Source: Tissierellia bacterium
Lineage (GTDB): Bacteria; Bacillota; Clostridia; Tissierellales; Tepidimicrobiaceae
Assembly: GCA_012518745.1 (NCBI GenBank)
Contig: JAAYRM010000200.1
Location: 1-55,134 of the forward strand
DNA length: 55,134 nucleotides
Direction: 5' to 3'
A model generated the notes under the pieces. The model was not told the DNA's origin. It was given only the letters and a program-made list of their open reading frames with translations, and did no database searches. Below, piece by piece: positions 29,101 to 38,078 of the stretch (position 1 is its first letter; each line of letters opens with the position of its first letter). The translations under genes and the position numbers were made by a program.

Positions 29101-30513
29101 ATGCATAAGATTTCCCCTAATATAAGGTTAGAAATATCCCAGGATGGGATGAAAGCCTTTATTATGATATTAGATGATGAACAATCGGATACTACGGTTG
29201 ATGAACAGGTGAATGATCATGAACATGAGGATATTGAGGTAGATGATATAATAAAGGAGATAAGAAGTATTCTTACAATGGGATTGGATGAAAATTTATT
29301 AAAATCTACACTATTGAATCCAGTATATGATAAGAAAATATGTATTGCAAATGGTATACAACCCATCGATGGCAAGGATGGATATATAAAATATTTCTTT
29401 GAACCTAAAAAAAAGCTAGTCCCTAAAATACTGGAGGATGGCACGGTAGATTATAGGGAATTGGGCGGCATAAACAATGTCGATAAAGGGGAGCAACTAG
29501 CACAGTTAGTACCACCCGAAAAAGGTGAATATGGCTTCAGGGTAACCGGGGAGATGATACCCTATAAAAAGGGTAGGCAGCCCATCCTAAGATATGGGAA
29601 GAATACAATCCTATTGGATGATGGCGTATCCTTAGTGGCAGGGGAGAGCGGGCTTGTAAGGTTGAGAGATAATAAGGTCATAGTGGCCAAGGTTTTCGAG
29701 GTATCCAGTGTTGATAAAGAGGTAGGTAATATCAATTTCAACGGGGCCGTAATTGTAAATAGAAATGTTTTGAATGGATATCATGTTAAGGCCAGCGGGG
29801 ATGTTGAGGTAAGGGGACTGGTAGAAGGGGGATGTATACAGAATACGGGAGACGTATTGGTAAAACAGGGCATACAGGGTTATAATAGATTAGCAGTTAA
29901 TACTGAGGGAAATATAACAACTAAATTCATTGAAAATGCAAAGATCCAATCGGCCAAGAACATTACTGCAGAAACCATTATGCATAGTTATGTTGTTAGC
30001 GGAGAGGATATAATTCTCATAGGCAAGAGAGGATTGATTGCGGGGGGGATCTGTCGAGCAGGGGGAGAGATTAGAGCTAAGACGATTGGGTCCAGTATGG
30101 CAACGACCACGGTATTGGAGATAGGACTAAGGGATTCATTAAAGGCGGAAATAGATAAAATTAAAGAGGATATAGAAGAGGCTAGGACCAGCCTCAGAAA
30201 GGTAATAAAATCCATAGATATATTAGATGCGCTTAGGAAAAGCAATGGGCTCGACGAGGAACGGTTACGAATGTATAATAGACTCATAAACACAAAGAAG
30301 GAATTAGATAAAAAAATATATGGTTTAATACAACAAGAGGAATCGATAAATAGAAGTATGAAAAAATCAGGTGGCGGTAGAATTAAGGTTTCAGGGATTA
30401 TATATCCCGGTGTTAAGATTGTAATCGGGAATAGTATATATTTTGTAAAAAATGAAATGACGAGATGCACATTCTATTGCGATGAAGGTAGTATAAAGGT
30501 AGGGCCCTATTAA
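29101..30513 (+). CDS. DUF342/FapA-like flagellar assembly-associated protein
   Basis: 470 aa with repetitive beta-helix-like segments (GDVEVRGLVEGGCIQNTGDVLV ...) and a C-terminal coiled coil. The architecture and the position after sigD fit DUF342/FapA proteins as I recall them. Confidence 0.6.
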   Translation: MHKISPNIRLEISQDGMKAFIMILDDEQSDTTVDEQVNDHEHEDIEVDDIIKEIRSILTMGLDENLLKSTLLNPVYDKKICIANGIQPIDGKDGYIKYFFEPKKKLVPKILEDGTVDYRELGGINNVDKGEQLAQLVPPEKGEYGFRVTGEMIPYKKGRQPILRYGKNTILLDDGVSLVAGESGLVRLRDNKVIVAKVFEVSSVDKEVGNINFNGAVIVNRNVLNGYHVKASGDVEVRGLVEGGCIQNTGDVLVKQGIQGYNRLAVNTEGNITTKFIENAKIQSAKNITAETIMHSYVVSGEDIILIGKRGLIAGGICRAGGEIRAKTIGSSMATTTVLEIGLRDSLKAEIDKIKEDIEEARTSLRKVIKSIDILDALRKSNGLDEERLRMYNRLINTKKELDKKIYGLIQQEESINRSMKKSGGGRIKVSGIIYPGVKIVIGNSIYFVKNEMTRCTFYCDEGSIKVGPY

Positions 30514-30524
30514 GAGGTGATATC

Positions 30525-30833
30525 ATGTCTATAAGGCCGATTGATTATACGAATATGATCTCCAAATCCCAGGAAATAGCAAGGATGAAGCATGAGGAAA
30601 ATACCAGATATCAGATGCAGCTCAGGGATGGATTTATACAGCAGAATAAGAGGATTAATCATAATATGAAAAAGGTTAGGGATAGCCCCAAAAGCGAAGG
30701 GCTAATAGTGGATCGAGATAAAAATGATGCCCAGAACCGGGGTGGGGGCGGGGATAGAAAAAAGAGGCAACATAAGAAAAGAAAGAAGAGATATAGGGCT
30801 AGGACAGGCACGAACATAGATATTAAAATATAA
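30525..30833 (+). CDS. hypothetical small protein with a highly basic C-terminal tail
   Basis: 102 aa, tightly spaced after the FapA-like gene with a GAGGTG RBS. The tail is GGGGDRKKRQHKKRKKRYRARTG. I recognise no family. Confidence 0.45.
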   Translation: MSIRPIDYTNMISKSQEIARMKHEENTRYQMQLRDGFIQQNKRINHNMKKVRDSPKSEGLIVDRDKNDAQNRGGGGDRKKRQHKKRKKRYRARTGTNIDIKI

Positions 30834-30845
30834 GTGGGGATGTAG

Positions 30846-31298
30846 ATGGTGGGAATTCTATTGAACGTTATTGGAATAATAATCATGGGGTTATCGCTAT
30901 TGTTTATCAAAAGGACCCTACAGCATGAAAGAGAAATATATGGGGAAGTCGAATTGATCCACAGTGAAATAAAGGATTATGCTATAGCCATGGGGGATAT
31001 ATTAAATGATTTTTATGAACTAACCGAAAGCAATTTGGACAGGATTGAAAATCTAGATATAGACAATAGTATCATGGATATAGAACCAGATCGAAACGAT
31101 GGGGGAGAGGAACAGGATATGAGTTCTATATTTATCGATAGCGATCGGGAATCTCCAGATCTCCAGCAGGCATTGTATGATGATATTATATCCCTGAGCA
31201 AAATAGGTTTGAGTAATGAAGAGATTGCTAAAAAGGTGAATAGGGGTATACGTGAGGTGGAAATAATAATCAAAATCTGGGGTGATCGTAGGTCATAA
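30846..31298 (+). CDS. single-pass membrane protein with a C-terminal HTH-like segment (SwrB-position protein)
   Basis: N-terminal TM (VGILLNVIGIIIMGLSLLFI), an acidic linker and a C-terminal GLSNEEIAKKVNRGIREVEIIIKIWG. It is the last gene before rpsB, as swrB is in B. subtilis. Confidence 0.5.
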   Translation: MVGILLNVIGIIIMGLSLLFIKRTLQHEREIYGEVELIHSEIKDYAIAMGDILNDFYELTESNLDRIENLDIDNSIMDIEPDRNDGGEEQDMSSIFIDSDRESPDLQQALYDDIISLSKIGLSNEEIAKKVNRGIREVEIIIKIWGDRRS

Positions 31299-31303
31299 AA
31301 CCA

Positions 31304-31332
31304 TTGATTAAACATATTCTATATGTTATACT
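31304..31332 (+). promoter_or_regulatory. candidate sigma-A promoter for rpsB-tsf (TTGATT - 17 nt - TGtTATACT)
   Basis: TTGATT at 31304-31309, a 17-nt spacer, an extended -10 TG at 31324-31325 and TATACT at 31327-31332. This predicts a 5' UTR of about 100 nt. Confidence 0.55.
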
Positions 31333-31442
31333 ACTAAAGGGATTACGCACGTCCTCCGACATTTAAGGGAGTGCCTTAGCATTTAAAGGTTCCTTATATG
31401 GATGAAGAGGATGGAGGAATAAAACTTGGAGGTGAATTTAAT

Positions 31443-32258
31443 ATGTCAATTGTTACTATGAAGGCTCTTTTAGAGGCTGGGGTGCATTTTGGGCACCAAA
31501 CTAGAAGATGGAATCCCAAGATGGCCGAATATATATTTACCGAAAGAAACGGAATCTATATAATAGACCTGCAACAGACGGTAAAGATGGTAGATGTGGC
31601 CTATGATTTCGTCAAGGATATAATAGCGGATGGAGGGAAAATCCTATTCGTTGGTACGAAAAAACAGGCGCAGGAATCGATCGAAACCGAGGCCAAGAGA
31701 TGCGGGATGCATTATGTAAATCAGAGATGGCTTGGGGGCATGTTGACAAACTATAAGACTATCAAGAAGAGGATCGATAGGCTTCATAGACTAGAAGAGA
31801 TGGAAGAAGAGGGTATATTCGATGTACTACCTAAAAAAGAGGTTATAGACCTTAATCGTGAAAGGGAAAGATTGGAGAAGTTTTTAGGTGGTATCAAAGA
31901 TATGGATGGAACTCCTGATGCCCTGTACGTAGTAGATCCCAGAAAAGAACGGATAGCGGTGAATGAGGCTAGGATATTGGGAATCCCGGTCATAGCCATA
32001 GTCGATACCAATTGCGATCCAGACGAGATCGACTATATAATACCCGGAAACGATGATGCAATTAGGGCGGTTAAGCTATTAACCGGAATTATAGCCGACG
32101 CTGTTCTTGAGGGTAAGCAAGGTGAACAGATGGAAGAGATAGAGGAACCCAAGGAAGTAGAACAAGACGAGGAAGCGGAAGAGATAGAAATGCCTGAAGC
32201 AACCGAAGAGAAAATAGAAGCCCAAGAGATAGAAGAAGCAAAAGAAATGGAAAATTAG
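31443..32258 (+). CDS. rpsB: 30S ribosomal protein S2 with a glutamate-rich C-terminal tail
   Basis: [38 protein letters not shown] precedes ATG 31443. The last ~45 residues are strongly acidic ([26 protein letters not shown]...). Confidence 0.95.
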   Translation: MSIVTMKALLEAGVHFGHQTRRWNPKMAEYIFTERNGIYIIDLQQTVKMVDVAYDFVKDIIADGGKILFVGTKKQAQESIETEAKRCGMHYVNQRWLGGMLTNYKTIKKRIDRLHRLEEMEEEGIFDVLPKKEVIDLNRERERLEKFLGGIKDMDGTPDALYVVDPRKERIAVNEARILGIPVIAIVDTNCDPDEIDYIIPGNDDAIRAVKLLTGIIADAVLEGKQGEQMEEIEEPKEVEQDEEAEEIEMPEATEEKIEAQEIEEAKEMEN

Positions 32259-32266
32259 CAGATGAG

Positions 32267-32313
32267 GGTAAGGGTTTAAGGGGATATACATCCCCTATGC
32301 TCTTACCATTTTT
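32267..32313 (+). terminator. compound hairpin plus U-tract between rpsB and tsf (probable partial terminator)
   Basis: The outer stem pairs 32267-32274 with 32300-32307. The inner stem AGGGGAT/ATCCCCT pairs 32279-32285 with 32290-32296. ATTTTT follows. Confidence 0.6.
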
Positions 32314-32334
32314 AACAACTAGAGGAGGGAAAAA

Positions 32335-32985
32335 ATGAGCATAGGTACAGCACAGATTAAGGAACTAAGGGAAAGAACTGGAGCCGGTATGCTTGATTGC
32401 AGAAACGCATTGGTAGAAACTGAGGGTGATATGGAAAAGGCTATAGATTTATTAAGGGAGAAAGGTTTATCGCAGGCTGCGAAAAAGTCCAGTAGAATAG
32501 CAGCGGAGGGCTCAGTTGCATCCTATATACATGGAAATAGAATAGGAGCCCTAGTTGAAATAAATACGGAAACCGATTTTGTAGCCAAAACCGATGAGTT
32601 TAACGAATTCATTAAGGATATGGCCATGCAGGTGGCGGCTTCGAACCCAAAGTATGTGGGTAGGGAGGATGTGCCCGAAGAAGAAATCGAGAGGGAAAAG
32701 GAAATACTGATGAATCAGGTTGTAAATGAAGGCAAACCTGAACATATAGCCTCAAAGATAGTTGAGGGGAGACTAGGTAAGTTTTATGAACAGATATGCT
32801 TATTGGAGCAGCCCTTTATTAAGCAACCGGATATTAGGGTTCAGGACCTATTAAATGAGAAGATAGCCAAAATAGGCGAAAACATTAAGATCAGGAGATT
32901 TGCTAGATTTGAAGTTGGCGAGGGATTGGAGAAGAGGAATGAAAACTTTGCCGATGAGGTAGCAGAACAGATGAAAAAACTTTAA
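32335..32985 (+). CDS. tsf: elongation factor Ts
   Basis: [37 protein letters not shown] (UBA-like N-terminus) and the EF-Ts core. Confidence 0.95.
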   Translation: MSIGTAQIKELRERTGAGMLDCRNALVETEGDMEKAIDLLREKGLSQAAKKSSRIAAEGSVASYIHGNRIGALVEINTETDFVAKTDEFNEFIKDMAMQVAASNPKYVGREDVPEEEIEREKEILMNQVVNEGKPEHIASKIVEGRLGKFYEQICLLEQPFIKQPDIRVQDLLNEKIAKIGENIKIRRFARFEVGEGLEKRNENFADEVAEQMKKL

Positions 32986-32987
32986 TT

Positions 32988-33016
32988 AAATGGAGAACAA
33001 AGGCTGTTCTCCATTT
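32988..33016 (+). terminator. hairpin after tsf
   Basis: AAATGGAGAACA (32988-32999) pairs with TGTTCTCCATTT (33005-33016). The trailing sequence is A/T-rich but is not a clean U-run. Confidence 0.5.
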
Positions 33017-33061
33017 AGTTAAAATATTTCTTGCTATTTATCTAACTGAGGGAGGATCTAT

Positions 33062-33778
33062 ATGGCTGAACCAATTTTTACGAGGGTGGTATTAAAACTA
33101 AGTGGAGAGGCTTTGGCGGGAGATGGGGCTTATGGGATTAATGCCGAGGTGGTTTCTAGGTTATCTAATGAGATTAAGGATATACATAATTTGGGGATAG
33201 AGGTAGCTATAGTGGTAGGTGGCGGTAATTTTTGGAGAGGACGGACCGCTAAGGAGATGGATAGGACAACTTCGGATTATATGGGGATGCTTGGAACGGT
33301 AATCAATGCATTGGCATTGCAGGACGCGTTGGAAAAATTAGATATAAGGACGAGGGTGCAGACTGCTATAGAGATGCGGCAAATTGCCGAGCCTTATATA
33401 AGAAGAAAGGCAATAAGACATTTGGAAAAAGGTAGGGTTGTTATATTCGCTGCGGGCTCTGGAAACCCCTATTTTTCCACTGATACAGCTGCAGCATTGA
33501 GGGCAGCCGAAATTGAAGCAGAGGTTATATTATTAGCAAAAAAAGGGGTTGATGGGGTCTATGATTCCGACCCACATATAAATGCATCTGCTAAAAAATT
33601 CGATACACTGAAATACATAGATATACTAAACATGGGATTGGAGATCATGGATTCTACAGCAACCTCTTTATGTATGGACAATGATTTGCCTATAATAGTA
33701 TTTGGTATAGATGAACCCAATAATATTATAGACGTGGTGCTGGGTAAAGAAATTGGTACTCATATAAAGGAGGGTTAA
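33062..33778 (+). CDS. pyrH: UMP kinase
   Basis: [21 protein letters not shown] and [11 protein letters not shown] motifs. Confidence 0.95.
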   Translation: MAEPIFTRVVLKLSGEALAGDGAYGINAEVVSRLSNEIKDIHNLGIEVAIVVGGGNFWRGRTAKEMDRTTSDYMGMLGTVINALALQDALEKLDIRTRVQTAIEMRQIAEPYIRRKAIRHLEKGRVVIFAAGSGNPYFSTDTAAALRAAEIEAEVILLAKKGVDGVYDSDPHINASAKKFDTLKYIDILNMGLEIMDSTATSLCMDNDLPIIVFGIDEPNNIIDVVLGKEIGTHIKEG

Positions 33779-33780
33779 TC

Positions 33781-34338
33781 ATGTATTTAGACATTTATGG
33801 AGAAACCGAAAAGAGAATGCAGAAGAGTATAAATTCATATCAAGAAGAATTAAAGAGCATAAGGGCGGGGAGGGCAAATCCAGCCTTGCTTGATCAGATT
33901 AACGTACAATGTTATGGTGCCGTAACTCCATTAAAACAGGTTGCTAGTGTTTCTGCACCTGAGGCTAGATTATTAGTCATTCAACCGTGGGATGCTAATC
34001 TAATCCCGGAAATTGAAAAGGAAATTTTAAGATCAGACCTAGGCCTGAATCCATCTAATGATGGGAAATTGATCAGATTACCCATTCCATCATTGACCGA
34101 GGAAAGAAGAAGGGAACTGGTTAGATTGGTGGGTAAAAATGCCGAAAATGCTAAGGTTGCTATTAGGAACATAAGAAGGGATTCCAACAATGCTATAAAG
34201 CAGATGGAACGTGATAAGGAACTCAGTGAAGATGAGCGCAAATTAGCAGAAGATGAGATACAGGAAATAACCAATAGGTATATAGAAAAGGTCGATCAAG
34301 CAACAGCCCAAAAAGAAGAAGAATTATTGGAAATTTAA
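33781..34338 (+). CDS. frr: ribosome recycling factor
   Basis: 185 aa with IRAGRANPALLD and IRNIRRDSNN motifs. Confidence 0.95.
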   Translation: MYLDIYGETEKRMQKSINSYQEELKSIRAGRANPALLDQINVQCYGAVTPLKQVASVSAPEARLLVIQPWDANLIPEIEKEILRSDLGLNPSNDGKLIRLPIPSLTEERRRELVRLVGKNAENAKVAIRNIRRDSNNAIKQMERDKELSEDERKLAEDEIQEITNRYIEKVDQATAQKEEELLEI

Positions 34339-34341
34339 GAG

Positions 34342-34370
34342 TTCCCCTTCTTATATAGAAGGGGAATTTT
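34342..34370 (+). terminator. intrinsic terminator after frr
   Basis: TTCCCCTTCT and AGAAGGGGAA form a 10-bp stem (34342-34351 with 34357-34366) around a 5-nt loop. TTTT follows at 34367-34370. Confidence 0.75.
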
Positions 34371-34389
34371 AGCAATGGAGGATAAAACA

Positions 34390-35133
34390 ATGGGTAAGGA
34401 TAGGATTTTAGAGTTGAGAGATAAATTAGATTTCCAGAGGTTACCAGGGCATGTAGCTATAATAATGGATGGAAATGGTAGATGGGCTAGGGATAGATCC
34501 CTACCAAGGTCTGCGGGCCATCAGGAGGGCATGAGAAGGGTTGTCGACATAGTCGAGGCTGCCAATGCAATTGGTATAAAGTATCTATCCCTATATGCTT
34601 TCTCTACTGAGAATTGGAAACGGCCTAAAAAAGAAATCGATATATTGATGAATATTTTAATTCTATATATAAAAAATGAATTGGGGAAGATACATAAGAA
34701 CAATATTAAAATTAGGGTTATGGGGGATATAGGCCCCTTGCCAAGGCTGCCTAGGGTGGAGGTAAAAAAAGCTATCGAAAAAACTCGGGCTAATTCAGGG
34801 ATGGTATTGAATATTGGATTGAACTATGGGGGTAGGAATGAAATAGTCCGAGGTGTAAAGGATATCGTAAGGGATGTAAAATTGGGCAAGGTGGATGAGG
34901 ACGATATAGACGTAGATTTGATTGCAAGATATTTATATACCGGGGATATGCCGGATCCGGATCTATTAATTAGACCCAGTGGTGAAATAAGGGTGAGCAA
35001 TTTTATGTTATATCAGATAGCATATACTGAATTCTGGTTCTCGAATATATATTGGCCGGATTTCACCGAGGAATATCTGTACGCGGCTATTATTGATTAT
35101 CAAAATAGAGATAGAAGGTTTGGGGGACTTTAG
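34390..35133 (+). CDS. uppS: undecaprenyl diphosphate synthase
   Basis: HVAIIMDGNGRWA, FSTENWKRP and LLIRPSGEIRVSNFMLYQ motifs. A GGAGGA RBS lies 7 nt before ATG 34390 (ORF-track start 34375). Confidence 0.93.
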   Translation: MGKDRILELRDKLDFQRLPGHVAIIMDGNGRWARDRSLPRSAGHQEGMRRVVDIVEAANAIGIKYLSLYAFSTENWKRPKKEIDILMNILILYIKNELGKIHKNNIKIRVMGDIGPLPRLPRVEVKKAIEKTRANSGMVLNIGLNYGGRNEIVRGVKDIVRDVKLGKVDEDDIDVDLIARYLYTGDMPDPDLLIRPSGEIRVSNFMLYQIAYTEFWFSNIYWPDFTEEYLYAAIIDYQNRDRRFGGL

Positions 35134-35916
35134 GTGAAGGGTTTAATAACTAGAACGATAAGTGGATTTATGATAGTGCTATTGACAATAGCTATAACGA
35201 TAAAGGGTGGTATGTCCCTATCATATTTTACCATGGCCCTATCTATTTTAGGCCTGAGGGAATTCTACAATGCGATGAATGAAATTAAAATTGAACCTAT
35301 AAAGTATATAGGATATCTAAGTTGTATTGGCATTCTGTTAAATCCTTTAGAAATTAAATGGGCACACCTTAGATTGATCTTTTTTATTGCTATGGTGGTA
35401 ATATCATTTATCAGATTGTTTTTTAAAAAGGACATTACTCCAGTAGATATACTTATAACTTTTTTAGGAATCCTTTACATACCTTTTTTGCTGCGGCATA
35501 TTATATACCTAGATGGAAATATATATATATGGTTAATCTATATAAATGCGTGGGGTACGGATACATTTGCATATATATTCGGCACCCTATTTGGCAAAAA
35601 TAAACTATGCCCACGAATAAGCCCGAATAAAACCATTGAAGGTTCTTTGGGGGGAATATTTGGGGCAGTGTTGTTATCATTAGGCTTCGCCAGATACTTT
35701 AGCCTATCTCATCTGTGGAAATTAGTATTATTGGCGATTACGGGAGGAATTATAGCACAGCTTGGTGATCTAACTGCTTCTAGAATCAAAAGGGTAACGG
35801 GAATAAAGGATTTTGGGTTTATTATGCCGGGACATGGGGGAATATTGGATAGATTCGATAGCATCCTATTTACAGCCCCATTTGTATATTATTATACGAG
35901 TTTTTTCTTATTGTAA
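35134..35916 (+). CDS. cdsA: phosphatidate cytidylyltransferase
   Basis: Polytopic membrane protein with a C-terminal SRIKRVTGIKDFGFIMPGHGGILDRFDS signature. GTG start. Confidence 0.88.
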   Translation: MKGLITRTISGFMIVLLTIAITIKGGMSLSYFTMALSILGLREFYNAMNEIKIEPIKYIGYLSCIGILLNPLEIKWAHLRLIFFIAMVVISFIRLFFKKDITPVDILITFLGILYIPFLLRHIIYLDGNIYIWLIYINAWGTDTFAYIFGTLFGKNKLCPRISPNKTIEGSLGGIFGAVLLSLGFARYFSLSHLWKLVLLAITGGIIAQLGDLTASRIKRVTGIKDFGFIMPGHGGILDRFDSILFTAPFVYYYTSFFLL

Positions 35917-35935
35917 AGGATAGGTGGTGATTTAA

Positions 35936-36949
35936 TTGCTAACTGCAGTTTCAGCAATTTTTGTATTTTTGATAGTGATATTATTCCATGAGTTCGGACA
36001 TTTCATAGTAGCAAAAACTGTGGGTATTAAAGTTAATGAATTCTCTATAGGAATGGGTCCCAAATTCTTTCAAAAAGAAAGAGGGGAAACCAAATATTCT
36101 ATTAGGATATTGCCGATAGGTGGCTATGTAAGCATGGAGGGCGAGGACGAAGGCTCTAGCGATCCTAGAAGCTTTAACAGGGTTCCAGTACTATCGAGAA
36201 TAGCTGTAATATCGGCCGGTGCTATTATGAATTTCATATTAGCTATCATCGTATTCTCCATAGTAGTTTTCAGCTTGGGTATGCCTACGACCACCATTCA
36301 GAATGTTCAACCGGATTCCCCAGCAGAGAGGATAGGCATTCAGAATGGAGATGCGATAGTAAGGATCAATGATAAGCCCATTAATGATTGGGATTCCATC
36401 GTTGAGAGAATAAATTCAGCTAGCCCGGATAAGGAATTAAAGGTAACAATTATGCGCGATGAGAAGGAATTGGATTACTCTTTGCAACCTACAAAGGGGG
36501 AAGATGATAGAACCATAATTGGCATTGAGCCCGTATTGAAAAAATCGTTTCTATTATCTATAAAAGGCGGGGTTGAACAGACCCTAGCCGTACTAAAGAT
36601 GATGTTTGGATTTCTAAGGATGGCATTGAGGGGCCAGGTGAGCACAAGAGACCTATCGGGTCCCGTGGGTGTGATATATACTATAGGCGAGGCTGCTAAA
36701 TATGGAATTGTGAATTTGCTATACCTGATGGGATTCATCAGCGTGAATTTGGGTTTTTTCAATCTACTACCTTTGCCCGCATTGGATGGTAGTAGAATTA
36801 TATTTTTAATTATTGAAATGATAAGGGGAAAAGCTATTAATCCTGAGAAAGAGGGCTTTATACACTTTATTGGTTTTGTCTTATTGATATTGTTGATGTT
36901 AATTGTTACGTATTCAGATATAATCAGGTTCAATATATTTAAAGGGTGA
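35936..36949 (+). CDS. rseP: site-2 (M50) zinc metalloprotease RseP/RasP
   Basis: HEFGHF zinc motif, a central PDZ-like segment and NLLPLPALDGSRI. TTG start after AGGTGGTG. Confidence 0.9.
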   Translation: MLTAVSAIFVFLIVILFHEFGHFIVAKTVGIKVNEFSIGMGPKFFQKERGETKYSIRILPIGGYVSMEGEDEGSSDPRSFNRVPVLSRIAVISAGAIMNFILAIIVFSIVVFSLGMPTTTIQNVQPDSPAERIGIQNGDAIVRINDKPINDWDSIVERINSASPDKELKVTIMRDEKELDYSLQPTKGEDDRTIIGIEPVLKKSFLLSIKGGVEQTLAVLKMMFGFLRMALRGQVSTRDLSGPVGVIYTIGEAAKYGIVNLLYLMGFISVNLGFFNLLPLPALDGSRIIFLIIEMIRGKAINPEKEGFIHFIGFVLLILLMLIVTYSDIIRFNIFKG

Positions 36950-36956
36950 TCTTATA

Positions 36957-38003
36957 ATGAGAAATAAAACAAAAACTATAATGATAGGGAATGTTCCAGT
37001 AGGTGGAGATAGTCCAATTAGCGTTCAGTCCATGACCAATACGGTAACAAGCGATATAGCTGGTACCGTTGAACAGATAAAGCGGTTAGAGGAAGCGGGA
37101 TGCGATATTATCAGGGCAGCGGTAACGGATCTAGAAGACGCTGAGGCGATAGGCCGCATTAAGGAGCAGATAATGATCCCCTTCATTGCTGATATTCAGT
37201 ACGATTATAGGCTTGCTATAGCAGCTGTAGAAAATGGAGCGGATTGCCTTAGGCTTAATCCTGGAAATATTGGTTCAAAAACTAGGGTTAAGGAGGTCGT
37301 TAGTATATGCCAGGATAGGCAGATACCTATACGTATAGGGGTGAATTCTGGATCTATAAACAAAAAGCATTTAGAGAAGTATGGCGGCGTAAATGCTAAC
37401 TCCATGGTCTATAGTGCCCTAGAACATGTTAGAATTCTAGAGGATTTAGATTTCACGGATATTAAAATATCCCTTAAGGCCAGCAATGTACCTTTAACTA
37501 TACAGACCTATAGAAAAATATCTGAAAAAGTAGAATATCCATTGCATCTAGGGGTTACCGAGGCTGGACCTGTGTGGCGTGGGACGGTTAAATCCGCTGT
37601 GGGTATTGGTACATTATTGTCTATGGGGATAGGAGATACCATTCGGATATCATTGACCGGAGATCCGGTGGAGGAGATAAGAGTTGGGCGGGAAATTTTA
37701 AGATCCCTAGATCTTCTAGATGAGGGTATTGAAATAATTTCCTGTCCCACATGCGGTAGGACAGAAGTTGATCTTATAGGATTGGTCGAAAAGGTGGAGA
37801 AGGAATTGGGAAGGATTGAAAAGCCTCTAAAGGTGGCCATTATGGGATGTCCCGTTAATGGGCCTGGGGAAGCAAGGGAGGCTGATATAGGTATAGCTGG
37901 AGGACAGGGAGAAGGATTAATATTTAAAAGGGGAAGGGTCATTAAGAAGGTAAAGGAAGAACTGTTGATAGATGAGCTATTACGGGAGATCAAAACCCTT
38001 TAA
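36957..38003 (+). CDS. ispG: 4-hydroxy-3-methylbut-2-enyl diphosphate synthase (MEP pathway)
   Basis: VQSMTNT, RLNPGNIG, GVNSGS and CPTCGR ... MGCPVNGPGEA motifs. Confidence 0.93.
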   Translation: MRNKTKTIMIGNVPVGGDSPISVQSMTNTVTSDIAGTVEQIKRLEEAGCDIIRAAVTDLEDAEAIGRIKEQIMIPFIADIQYDYRLAIAAVENGADCLRLNPGNIGSKTRVKEVVSICQDRQIPIRIGVNSGSINKKHLEKYGGVNANSMVYSALEHVRILEDLDFTDIKISLKASNVPLTIQTYRKISEKVEYPLHLGVTEAGPVWRGTVKSAVGIGTLLSMGIGDTIRISLTGDPVEEIRVGREILRSLDLLDEGIEIISCPTCGRTEVDLIGLVEKVEKELGRIEKPLKVAIMGCPVNGPGEAREADIGIAGGQGEGLIFKRGRVIKKVKEELLIDELLREIKTL

Positions 38004-38078
38004 TTGCCCTATCTAAATTATATAATCATTGGAATCCATAGAGTAGCAAAGGTAATTGGATTGGAGGCATAGTGGAGA

